A stretch of DNA of 64,000 nt from a bacterium (GTDB taxonomy: Bacteria > Zhuqueibacterota > Zhuqueibacteria > Residuimicrobiales > Krinioviventaceae), in assembly GCA_963693055.1 (NCBI GenBank), contig OY843751.1:6080001-6144000 (forward strand), written 5' to 3'. How positions within the stretch are numbered: position 1 is the stretch's first letter; every line of letters begins with the position of its first letter. The position numbers and the translations under genes were made by a program. This document shows, piece after piece, positions 9,402-18,217 of this stretch. The notes beneath the pieces were generated by a model. It was given only the letters and a program-made list of their open reading frames with translations, had not been told where the DNA came from and searched no databases.

Positions 9402-10233
9402 TTTCTTTGCCTCCTGATAGATGTTGAGGAATGGATTTTTTTTTCGCGTCGCCACCAGGTTCCGCAGGAGATAACAGATCGTTTAATCGCGTATTGTTTT
9501 GTTGAAGATAGGTTTGGTAGAGTTGGATATACTCGCGCACCAGGCGGTCGGATTTCTTTGCAATGAGTCGAATCTGGTTCGGAGAGAAATTTTCCTTGTA
9601 TAAAAGGGCGATCTGCATAAAGTCAGCGAGGTAACGTTTGATGCTGGTTTCAGAATGATTGGTTTTTTGTTCTATTTCTGAAAAGGTATAACCTTTAAGA
9701 TACAGATCAATAATGATGGTTTTATGAGACAGTCCGGGACCCATGTCATGTTTCATACCTCGTGTCATGATAAACATACCGTGATGACGGAGATGATAAA
9801 TGTCACGTTTAACAGTGGCCGGACTGGTGGTTAAAAGCATTGCCAGGTCTTCATAGCTGAGTAAAGCACCCTGATCATAGGCTTGTCGAGTCAGACGGGC
9901 GATCCGGTGTCGTCTAAGTCCGGCAAGGCCATAATTAGCCAGGGCTTGCAGATCTGTATTAAAGTCAATTAGTTTGAGACGGACCGTAAGCTTTCGGGTT
10001 AATCTGATATGTTTGCCGGCTGGTTCTTCAGCGGCAACAGCTTCATAAGCGACTTCACCTCCTGATAATGAAATGTTGGAATGTTCCTGAAAGTATTGGT
10101 CAAATTGTTGATAGTAAGCTTCGGCAATAATAGGAGTCAAATTGAAATCCTGAGACAGTTTTTGGACAATAGCGTTTTTAGCTGTCTTGGATTCGAGTCT
10201 TTTTAAACCATAATTATTTTTAACATCTGCCAT
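9394..10233 (-). CDS. DUF1670-like protein A (HTH-containing)
   Basis: QAYDQGALLSYEDLAMLL..S..TVKRDI, TRG..HD.G, SHK.III.LYLKG, NHS..SIKRY; paralogous to 8577-9401; AGGAG RBS. Confidence 0.8.
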   Translation of the reverse strand: MADVKNNYGLKRLESKTAKNAIVQKLSQDFNLTPIIAEAYYQQFDQYFQEHSNISLSGGEVAYEAVAAEEPAGKHIRLTRKLTVRLKLIDFNTDLQALANYGLAGLRRHRIARLTRQAYDQGALLSYEDLAMLLTTSPATVKRDIYHLRHHGMFIMTRGMKHDMGPGLSHKTIIIDLYLKGYTFSEIEQKTNHSETSIKRYLADFMQIALLYKENFSPNQIRLIAKKSDRLVREYIQLYQTYLQQNNTRLNDLLSPAEPGGDAKKKSIPQHLSGGKENE

Positions 10234-10481
10234 AAGAATCTCCTTATTTCTGTTTTTATTAAAACAATGATTCCTATGGTCATATGCACTAAACTTTAAA
10301 AACCGTGAAATCCTGTTGTTTTTTCATATTGACTATTATAATCTCAATCATTAATTTTTAAAATGGCGGGAGTTTCTTATGTTGCAGGGGAACGACATCA
10401 CCTAACTCATAATTCAAACAATACATTTAATACACTGAGTAAAATACGATTACTCTTTACTCACTAATAGCAGGGTCAAAT

Positions 10482-12146
10482 ATGAAAACCATAAACATTC
10501 TTTTTATTTACCTGATTACATTATCTATCAATGTATTCGCTGTTAATACTTTTCAATACAAAAAGATACTTCCCCGCAGTCAATGGTCTGACTATACACC
10601 TGACAGACCACATACCGCGGTATTGATGAGTGATGATGGAAATATTATTGTCGCAAGTCAGGCCTTTTCTTCGGAATGCATAGTAATGCAGAAAATTGAT
10701 CCGTATGGAAATCCCTTGTGGGCTGATCCTGAAACCGGTTTGAAACTCGTTGATAACACATCTTCTATAGATGTTAATTATTATCCGTCTATGGCAAGTG
10801 ATGGCAATGGAGGCGTATATATTGTTTATGCTGCCGGTATTTATGCAATAGAGGGAAATGATTGGAGATTTTATTTTGATACCTATCTTCAGCATTTAGA
10901 TGCTGATGGAAATAAACAGTGGAATGATAAAGGATTATTGTTAAAAACCGGATCATACCCTTGGGATATAGCCAGCGATGGTGAAGGAGGAGTGTATGTA
11001 TTATATTATGGAAGCTCTAATTGCGATCATTATCCGGGAACCCTTTTGCAGCATATTAATAAAGCGGGTGAAAAAAAATATCCAGGATTCGGTTTTGCTA
11101 TTATGGAATGTGATTCTTTATATTTAAACAGGCTTTATCTGGATGGCAATCATGGTATTTATATATCTAATAAAAATAATTATCTGCAGCGGATGAATGA
11201 AGAAGGAGAGTTTCTTTTTCCAATGCCATACATTGATACTGGCCTACCAAATCTACTTTTTCAATGGTTTTTTAATAAAGGTGAAGAAATGATTCTTGCT
11301 GGTAAAGAAAAAGGCACAAATAACTTGTATGTTCAAAAGCTGTCAGTTGATGGTGAATATCTTGGGAACCCAAATGGATACACATATACATGGCCGGATT
11401 CTTTAATTTTTTTCCCTGTAATAATTCAAAAAAATGACAGCACACTTTCTGTTTTTAATGGCTATTATGCACAAAACATTCAAATCAAACCCGTTTTTCA
11501 ATTTAAAAACCCTATCAGAATTATGGAAAAACAGATTAATTATCCTAGAGTTTTATATTCTGTTTATACTAAATTATATGGTACATTTATACTTTTTGGA
11601 GATGTGAAATATGAAGACGGAAAAAACCATTCACTTGTTAAAATGCAAAAAATTGATAAAACAGGAGGTTTGCCATTAGGTATCGAAGGAATAACAATTT
11701 GTGATACTACGAGTATGCTGTCAATACTTAACCCATTATTTACTATAAACGAACAAACTGGAACAGCACTGGTTTTTCTTGAATTTCAAGATGGTTTACA
11801 TGTAGCCATTGTTGATCTCAAAACCGGTACAGTTGTTGATGATAAAGATGAACAAATTAATTCAAAGATTCCTGATAATTTTATTATTTCCGGATATCCC
11901 AATCCATTTCACGAAGTAATCCATTTTACTATAAAAAAGCCTAATCTGTCCGACAGGATACAAACAATAAAAATTTACAATATTCTCGGAAAGGAGGTCA
12001 AAGACCTTACACAAAAAGAAATATCAACACACACATTTTCATGGGATGGAACAGATGATTCCGGTCAGCGGGCGGCTGCCGGTATCTATTTTGTTCAAAT
12101 TACCGCAAAACAAACATTCACTCAAAAAATACTGAAACTGAAATAA
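10482..12146 (+). CDS. Secreted beta-propeller-like protein with C-terminal FlgD-Ig/sorting domain
   Basis: Signal peptide; SDG.GGVY repeats; YPNPF...IYNILGKEV...WDG...GIYF. Confidence 0.75.
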   Translation: MKTINILFIYLITLSINVFAVNTFQYKKILPRSQWSDYTPDRPHTAVLMSDDGNIIVASQAFSSECIVMQKIDPYGNPLWADPETGLKLVDNTSSIDVNYYPSMASDGNGGVYIVYAAGIYAIEGNDWRFYFDTYLQHLDADGNKQWNDKGLLLKTGSYPWDIASDGEGGVYVLYYGSSNCDHYPGTLLQHINKAGEKKYPGFGFAIMECDSLYLNRLYLDGNHGIYISNKNNYLQRMNEEGEFLFPMPYIDTGLPNLLFQWFFNKGEEMILAGKEKGTNNLYVQKLSVDGEYLGNPNGYTYTWPDSLIFFPVIIQKNDSTLSVFNGYYAQNIQIKPVFQFKNPIRIMEKQINYPRVLYSVYTKLYGTFILFGDVKYEDGKNHSLVKMQKIDKTGGLPLGIEGITICDTTSMLSILNPLFTINEQTGTALVFLEFQDGLHVAIVDLKTGTVVDDKDEQINSKIPDNFIISGYPNPFHEVIHFTIKKPNLSDRIQTIKIYNILGKEVKDLTQKEISTHTFSWDGTDDSGQRAAAGIYFVQITAKQTFTQKILKLK

Positions 12147-12243
12147 TACTTATTAGAGGGGTAATGCAATTCAATACATTTGCATTTTTAATTTTATTAC
12201 CCATCACAAATTTTGCTGCAAATATTGATATAGGATAGGAGAC

Positions 12244-12324
12244 TGATACTTCTAAACATGTATCCGGTTCTCCGGGTCGAATATCCCGTCATAAATTCCG
12301 CCCGGACCCTGGTACCAGGCGATC
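12244..12324 (+). repeat. Structured repeat family B, copy 3 (5' truncated)
   Basis: TGATAC...ACATGTATCCGGTTCTCCGGG...TTCCGCCCGGACCCTGGTACCAGGCGATC. Confidence 0.8.
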
Positions 12325-12338
12325 AAAGCAAAATAATT

Positions 12339-12360
12339 AACCACAGATGAACACAGATAA
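12339..12360 (+). repeat. Repeat family A, left-type arm (AACCACAGATGAACACAGATAA)
   Basis: 10-nt-period CAC(A/G)GAT units. Confidence 0.7.
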
Positions 12361-12496
12361 AAACAATCCTAATCTAACTTTCTGTTTTCATCGAGCAAAG
12401 CGGGCTGTTTTAAAAAAAATTATAACTTTACAGTCACCTTTTTAGTTTCCAGATAATTGCATTAACACAATCCTACCTCTCTCTCTTTTTTTTTAT

Positions 12497-12554
12497 TTGA
12501 CTCTCTAATCACAAATGTGTATATTTACTTTAACGTTAACTTTAAGGTTAAAGT
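12497..12554 (+). promoter_or_regulatory. sigma70 promoter with tandem LacI-type operators
   Basis: TTGACT-17-TATATT (12497-12525), followed by ACTTTAACGTTA ACTTTAAGGTTA (12527-12550) containing the palindrome TTAACGTTAA. Confidence 0.65.
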
Positions 12555-12558
12555 ATAA

Positions 12559-13557
12559 ATGCCCACAACTCAAAAAGACATTGCTGCAAAACTCAATGTA
12601 TCCATTATGACGGTATCCAAAGCGCTCAAAGGACACCCGGATATCAGCGCAAAAACGCGCAAACGGGTGGAAGACACAGCGCGCGAAATGAACTATACCG
12701 TCAACGTGGTAGCGCGCAGCCTGGTGCAAAAACGTACCCATACCATTGGTGTGATTGTGCCTGATATTTCAGAGTTGTATTACGCGGAAATTGTCAGGGG
12801 CATTGAGATGGTATTCAGACAGCACCAATACAATATCTTATTGATAGACTCTGAAAACGATCCCGATATTGAGCTGGATGCCATTCAAACGCTTCTCGAA
12901 AAACGGGTTGACGGTTTGATCTTTGGTCCTACTGAAAAGACATCCCGCTATATAAATTTGCTAAAAACCATATCTATTCCCTATATTCTGATCAATAATA
13001 CACCCAAAGAATTGGATTGTGATTCAATCAGCATTGATCGTAGACACGGCTCCATGCTTTCTGTATCTCATCTCATCTCAGGTGGATATGAGGATATCTA
13101 TTTTCTTTACACATTCAAACATCTTGAACAATCCCAACACAGTATCAACGGCTGTTATGATGCTTTTGATCAATTCAACCTTCCACGGGAAGCATTAAAA
13201 CTGGTCTACTGTGAAAATCGGGACCTTGAAACATTCTACAACAAAACCCTGGAATCAGTTCAATATAACAATAAAAAAACCGGTGTTTATGCCTGGGACG
13301 ATGAAATGGCTGTGGGTGTGTATCGCGCGCTTGTGGAAAAAGGCTTTTCCATACCAGTACAGGTGGGTCTTGTAGGATTTGATGATATTCGGATCTCAAA
13401 ATACCTACCCAAGTCCTTGACCACAATCTATTGCCCCAAATTCGAAATGGGAAAAAAATGCGCAGAACGCCTGCTGCTGCAAATATTGTCTGAACAGCCA
13501 TTAGAGCCCGAAAATATTATGATGACTTTGAAATTGATAAAAAGAGAAACGACCTGA
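12559..13557 (+). CDS. LacI family transcriptional regulator
   Basis: TQKDIAAKLNVSIMTVSKAL HTH, YTVNVVARSL hinge, VGFDD, LTTI. Confidence 0.95.
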   Translation: MPTTQKDIAAKLNVSIMTVSKALKGHPDISAKTRKRVEDTAREMNYTVNVVARSLVQKRTHTIGVIVPDISELYYAEIVRGIEMVFRQHQYNILLIDSENDPDIELDAIQTLLEKRVDGLIFGPTEKTSRYINLLKTISIPYILINNTPKELDCDSISIDRRHGSMLSVSHLISGGYEDIYFLYTFKHLEQSQHSINGCYDAFDQFNLPREALKLVYCENRDLETFYNKTLESVQYNNKKTGVYAWDDEMAVGVYRALVEKGFSIPVQVGLVGFDDIRISKYLPKSLTTIYCPKFEMGKKCAERLLLQILSEQPLEPENIMMTLKLIKRETT

Positions 13558-13663
13558 TCTTTCACATTTGGCAGCGTTTTTGTCCTGACAATAAAACTTG
13601 TAGGGAACAATCAAAACACGAGTTTTGTTATTTGATAATAATCCCAACACACAGGACAAACTC

Positions 13664-14206
13664 ATGACACAAGACCAGGAACTAGAGACCCTGAAATACC
13701 CCATCGGCCAGTTTGAATATACGGATACTGATTCCGATAATTCCATTCAAACCTGGATTCAGGAAATTGAAATGCTGCCCACCCGGTTACAACACATTGT
13801 GAGTGTTCTGTCAGATGACCAACTGGACACTCCATACAGACCGGAGGGCTGGACCGTTAGACAGGTTTTACATCATCTGAGCGACAGCCACATAAACGGC
13901 TATATACGGTTCAAATGGACCCTGACAGAAAATGAAACAACCATCAAACCGTATGAGCAAAAATTATGGTCAGAAACTGCTGAAAACTTTGGCTTTCCCA
14001 TCAGCGAAGAACTAGCGCTGTTAAGCCTGCTTCATCAAAAATGGGTGGTTCTTTTAAAAGAACTGGCTCTCAAAGATTTTCATCGTAAATTCATGCATCC
14101 GGAATCCGGCTGGTATGAATTAAAAAAAGCCCTCGCGTTGTATGCCTGGCATGGCAATCATCATTTAGCCCAAATCGAAACATTAATACAACGCAAGGGA
14201 TGGTAA
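13664..14206 (+). CDS. bstA: Bacillithiol transferase, YfiT/DinB superfamily
   Basis: LKYPIG, LDTPYRPEGWTVRQVLHHLSDSH, YAWHGNHHLAQI. Confidence 0.88.
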   Translation: MTQDQELETLKYPIGQFEYTDTDSDNSIQTWIQEIEMLPTRLQHIVSVLSDDQLDTPYRPEGWTVRQVLHHLSDSHINGYIRFKWTLTENETTIKPYEQKLWSETAENFGFPISEELALLSLLHQKWVVLLKELALKDFHRKFMHPESGWYELKKALALYAWHGNHHLAQIETLIQRKGW

Positions 14207-14300
14207 AATGAGGTAAAACATCTATATGTGCATAGCGTGGTTAAGTTCCGCCACGATATAGAAACCATTCAAATCAATTCCATTCACAGAGGAAAACGCT

Positions 14301-17018
14301 ATGAAAAAATATGTCCTGTTATTTGTTTTGTTAATTTTTTGTAATGTATTTGCCGCAGAATATTTCACCATGCCGCCCAATGACCGTCAACGGGTCAACA
14401 TTGACAAAAACTGGGGATTTTTCAGGGGAGATATTAATGGCGAAGAAGAAACCCACCAGGTCAATAAACGTCCCTGGATTGGCGTGGACCTTCCCCATGA
14501 AATGAGTATAACCGGTGAATACTCGCCGGATAACAACACCACGCAAGCCTTTCAGCCAATGGAAATTGGCTGGTACCGCAAAGCATTGATGCTGCCCGAA
14601 TATTATGAACACAAAAAAATCTATGTGGTTTTTGACGGTGTTTATCGCGAGAGTGATGTCTGGCTCAACTATGCACACATTGGCCACCATCAATCCGGTT
14701 ACACCAGCTTTGCCTATGATATAACAGATTATGTCCGCACCGGCAATCGCACGCCCAACAGCCTGCGCGTACGGGTAGACGCCCGTCGTCATGAACAGGA
14801 TACCTATGAAGGCAGCGGCATTTATCGCCATGTATGGATCGTTTCCACAAACAAACTCCATATCGACAATTGGGGCACTTTTGTATATGCCACAAATATT
14901 TCAGAGAAACAATCCACAATCAACATCAAAGCTCAGGTCTTGAATGACTATCCGGAATCAAAACAATTCAAGCTTGTTACCCAAATTGTAGACAGCAAAG
15001 GTATAATCGTTGGAACTGTCAGCACCGATTGTTCTATGACTGCCGGGGAGGTAAAAGAGTATGAGCAAAAGGTGCTGGTTCAAAACTGTAACCTGTGGGA
15101 TGTTGACAATCCCTATCAGTATAAAGCATACACCATGATCCAGACTGCAGACGAAACCCTTGATGTGTATGAAACCCCATTCGGTATTCGGAATATTGAA
15201 TTTACCAACAATAGTGGATTTTTCATTAACGGTCGCCACGAAAAATTGCAGGGCTTTTGTGCTCATTACGATTTTGCGGGCTTGGGTAATGCCTTGCCGG
15301 ACCGCATCCACTTTAACCTGATGGCCATCATGAAACAGGCCGGATTCAACTTTTACCGGTCCAGTCATAATCCCGCCACACCGGAACGACTGGATGTAAG
15401 TGATGAAATGGGCATTATGGTATGGGACGAAATCGAACGCAAACTGGAAAGTCCGGAAATTGAACTGCCCCTGGTTGAAGCTACCATTACACGCGACCGC
15501 AATCATCCTTCAGTAATCGTCTGGTCTCTGGAAAACGAATCCCCGCTTGAAAGCACACATTATGGCGCCAATATCATCAAAGTGGGCACCGAGCTTGCCA
15601 ACCAGCTTGATCCCACACGCGAGACGACCTTTGCAGCTTCCATGCCGGTAAACATGCGCAATTATGGTGAAAACGCTGGTGTTTCCAGTTACAATTACCA
15701 TGTGGAACGCGCAGACCAGGACCATATTGCCTTTCCCCACTGGAAGATCGGATTGATCAGCGAGTATTCCGCGGTTCGAGCCATGCGCGGTGTATACGGC
15801 ACCGAGTATGTTCCGAATGAAACGGACAGCTATTTTAAATTCTATACCGAAGAAATCAAAGACATGTATGACATGTGCGCGAGTGTTGAAAATTACTGGT
15901 TGCGCATCGAGTCCCGCGATTATCTGGGTGGCGGCTGCGTCTGGAGCGGATACGACGCCCGCGGCGAAGGATTTGAATACCCCTTTATCTCACGCGGAGA
16001 CGGTGTACTTGACATGTGTTTTGAGCCCAAAGACCACTATTACTTTTTTAAATCCCGTTACACCGAGGAACCCATGGTCCATGTCATGCCGCACTGGAAC
16101 TGGCAGAAAAAAGGCCAAATTGTGGATGTATGGGGTTATTCCAATTGTGATCAGGTTGAACTGGTATTGAACGGAAAATCCCTGGGAACACGCGGCAAAC
16201 CCAAAGCAATGAAAAAATGGAAACCAGGTGAGAAACAGGATATCCCGGCTGCGCACAGGCAATGGAGTGTTCCTTACGAACCGGGCACACTGATTGCTAT
16301 TGGCAAAAATAATGGCAAAGAGGTTTGTCGTCAGGTTGTTAAAACCGCGGGAGAACCCGCTAAAATCCAATTAACTCGCGCTATGGAAGCCTTCCTGCCG
16401 GCTAATGAGATCCCCGCGTTGGTTGCGGATGGCAGAGATGTTGTGGTTATAAGAGCTGCAATTACAGACAAAGATGGCAATGTGGTTCCGTATGCCGGTA
16501 ACGATGTACAGTTTTTTGTAGAAGGTGATGAAGAGATTATCGCCGTAGGCAGCGGAGACATAACCACGCTAGAGCCCAATCACGCAACCCATCGCAAAGC
16601 CTGTAACGGCTATTGTGTTGCCATCGTCCAATCTACTACAACACCGGACCGATTCAAAATCCGTGCTGTTTCAGCGGGACTCGAATCCGGTGAGGTTACA
16701 GTTTCTTCGGTTGCACCTCAGGCCCACAGTGTAGAACTGGTCCCCAAACCCTGTCACATCCTTCCGGATGCCAGCACAGATGTAACTGTTAAAATTGTAG
16801 ACAAATTTGGTGATCAGATATCAACGGCATCAAATTCTGTAGAAATTAAAATACAGGGCAATGCCCGTTTTGAAAATGGCAAAACCAATATGAAAATCAA
16901 CACCCAAAACGGTGCCGCTACAATTGAACTACAAGCCGGTTCACACCCTGGCGAAATCACCTTGCAAGCCAGCGCCAAAGATCTCATACCCACTCAGGTA
17001 AAACTCTATATAGACTAG
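14301..17018 (+). CDS. Secreted glycoside hydrolase family 2 (beta-galactosidase-like) with C-terminal Ig domains
   Basis: GWYRK, FDGVY, GYTSF, GIYRHV, RSSHNP, RDRNHPSVIVWSLENE, PHWNW. Confidence 0.9.
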   Translation: MKKYVLLFVLLIFCNVFAAEYFTMPPNDRQRVNIDKNWGFFRGDINGEEETHQVNKRPWIGVDLPHEMSITGEYSPDNNTTQAFQPMEIGWYRKALMLPEYYEHKKIYVVFDGVYRESDVWLNYAHIGHHQSGYTSFAYDITDYVRTGNRTPNSLRVRVDARRHEQDTYEGSGIYRHVWIVSTNKLHIDNWGTFVYATNISEKQSTINIKAQVLNDYPESKQFKLVTQIVDSKGIIVGTVSTDCSMTAGEVKEYEQKVLVQNCNLWDVDNPYQYKAYTMIQTADETLDVYETPFGIRNIEFTNNSGFFINGRHEKLQGFCAHYDFAGLGNALPDRIHFNLMAIMKQAGFNFYRSSHNPATPERLDVSDEMGIMVWDEIERKLESPEIELPLVEATITRDRNHPSVIVWSLENESPLESTHYGANIIKVGTELANQLDPTRETTFAASMPVNMRNYGENAGVSSYNYHVERADQDHIAFPHWKIGLISEYSAVRAMRGVYGTEYVPNETDSYFKFYTEEIKDMYDMCASVENYWLRIESRDYLGGGCVWSGYDARGEGFEYPFISRGDGVLDMCFEPKDHYYFFKSRYTEEPMVHVMPHWNWQKKGQIVDVWGYSNCDQVELVLNGKSLGTRGKPKAMKKWKPGEKQDIPAAHRQWSVPYEPGTLIAIGKNNGKEVCRQVVKTAGEPAKIQLTRAMEAFLPANEIPALVADGRDVVVIRAAITDKDGNVVPYAGNDVQFFVEGDEEIIAVGSGDITTLEPNHATHRKACNGYCVAIVQSTTTPDRFKIRAVSAGLESGEVTVSSVAPQAHSVELVPKPCHILPDASTDVTVKIVDKFGDQISTASNSVEIKIQGNARFENGKTNMKINTQNGAATIELQAGSHPGEITLQASAKDLIPTQVKLYID

Positions 17019-17025
17019 CTTAGAA

Positions 17026-17059
17026 TTCGAGCTCTGCAAAGTATTTTGCAGAGCTCGAA
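17026..17059. terminator. Hairpin/terminator after the GH2 gene
   Basis: TTCGAGCTCTGCAAA-GTAT-TTTGCAGAGCTCGAA, perfect 15-bp stem. Confidence 0.75.
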
Positions 17060-17068
17060 AAATTTAAT

Positions 17069-17117
17069 GCAAACGTTTGCCTTTTTTCTTGAATATTGTC
17101 TTTTTTGGTTGTATAAT
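17069..17117 (+). promoter_or_regulatory. nagB promoter with LacI-type operator
   Basis: Palindrome GCAAACGTTTGC (17069-17080) just upstream of TTGAAT-17-TATAAT (17089-17117). Confidence 0.65.
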
Positions 17118-17187
17118 TTAATAGCGAATATTTTTATTTCGTCTGTTAAAACATCCGTTGAAATTCCATCAGGAAAGGTAAGGCTCT

Positions 17188-17934
17188 ATGTTACTTGTTA
17201 TTAAAGAAAATTATGAGGAAATGTGTAAAGAGGGGGCAAGAGAAATTGCAAACATAGTAAGAAGAAAACCGGACTGTGTTCTGGGTTTTGCTACAGGCAG
17301 TACACCCTTGGGCGTTTACAAGGAGCTGATCCGGATGTATAATGATGAAGGTTTAGACTTTTCCAAAGTCGTTACCTTTAATCTTGACGAATATGTGGGC
17401 CTGCCCCCCTCTCATAACCAGAGTTATCACTATTTCATGTGGGAAAACCTTTTCAAACATATCAATGTGGACCCCCGTTACGTGCACATTCCCATGGGTA
17501 TGGCAGAAGATATTGATGTGTTTTGTGAATGGTATGAAAAAAAGATAAATGAATTTGGCGGTATTGATCTGCAAATACTCGGTATTGGTGCCAACGGACA
17601 TATTGCCTTTAACGAGCCGGGCTCGTCCCTGGGGTCTCGTACGCGTATCAAAACCCTGAGTGAAAAGACCATCAATGACAATGCTCGCTTTTTCGAAAAC
17701 AAGGAAGAAGTTCCCAAGTACGCCATTACCATGGGTGTGGGTACCATCATGGAAGCCAAAGAACTGTTATTGCTTGCAAGTGGAGAAGGCAAAGCAGACG
17801 CCATCCATGCCACTGCAGAAGGCCCCATTATGGCCAGGTATCCGGCAACCATTGTACAGATCCATCAATATGCAACAGTATTAATAGATAAAGAAGCCGC
17901 CTCTAAACTGGAAGGCGATTATTCGGGATTTTAA
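17188..17934 (+). CDS. nagB: Glucosamine-6-phosphate deaminase
   Basis: LGFATGSTP, FNLDEY, LGIGANGHIAFNEP, AITMGVGTI. Confidence 0.97.
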   Translation: MLLVIKENYEEMCKEGAREIANIVRRKPDCVLGFATGSTPLGVYKELIRMYNDEGLDFSKVVTFNLDEYVGLPPSHNQSYHYFMWENLFKHINVDPRYVHIPMGMAEDIDVFCEWYEKKINEFGGIDLQILGIGANGHIAFNEPGSSLGSRTRIKTLSEKTINDNARFFENKEEVPKYAITMGVGTIMEAKELLLLASGEGKADAIHATAEGPIMARYPATIVQIHQYATVLIDKEAASKLEGDYSGF

Positions 17935-17957
17935 GCGTTTATAGTGCCCAAAGATAA

Positions 17958-18000
17958 ACCCGGTATCCGTCAGTTGACAGATGCCGGGTATTTTCTTTTT
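17958..18000 (+). terminator. Rho-independent terminator
   Basis: ACCCGGTATC...GATGCCGGGT followed by a T-rich tail. Confidence 0.75.
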
Positions 18001-18217
18001 GTAGAATCCCTGCATCTCTCTTTTAAAACATTTCATACGGATATATATCCCACATGATCATCTCTATCATATCGCTTGCTCAGCTAATTATATATTGCGA
18101 TTTATCATTGCGCAAGTTCTATATAAAATATTTTAAAAAAATGATTGTTATTCATATATTTTTTCTTTATACTAAATAAACAACTTTTATTCCAATATTG
18201 ACATTCAAGGGGAAGTA

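Larger units (their letters stand above)
8455..10286 (-). mobile_element. Candidate mobile element: two DUF1670-like genes between 15-bp imperfect inverted repeats
   Basis: CATATGACCAGAGGA (8455-8469) versus TCCTATGGTCATATG (10272-10286), 14/15 identity; no DDE transposase and no clear TSD. Confidence 0.5.

Noticed and set aside
2078-12360. CRISPR array interpretation of the repeats
   Set aside because: No regularly spaced identical repeats with unique spacers, and no cas genes
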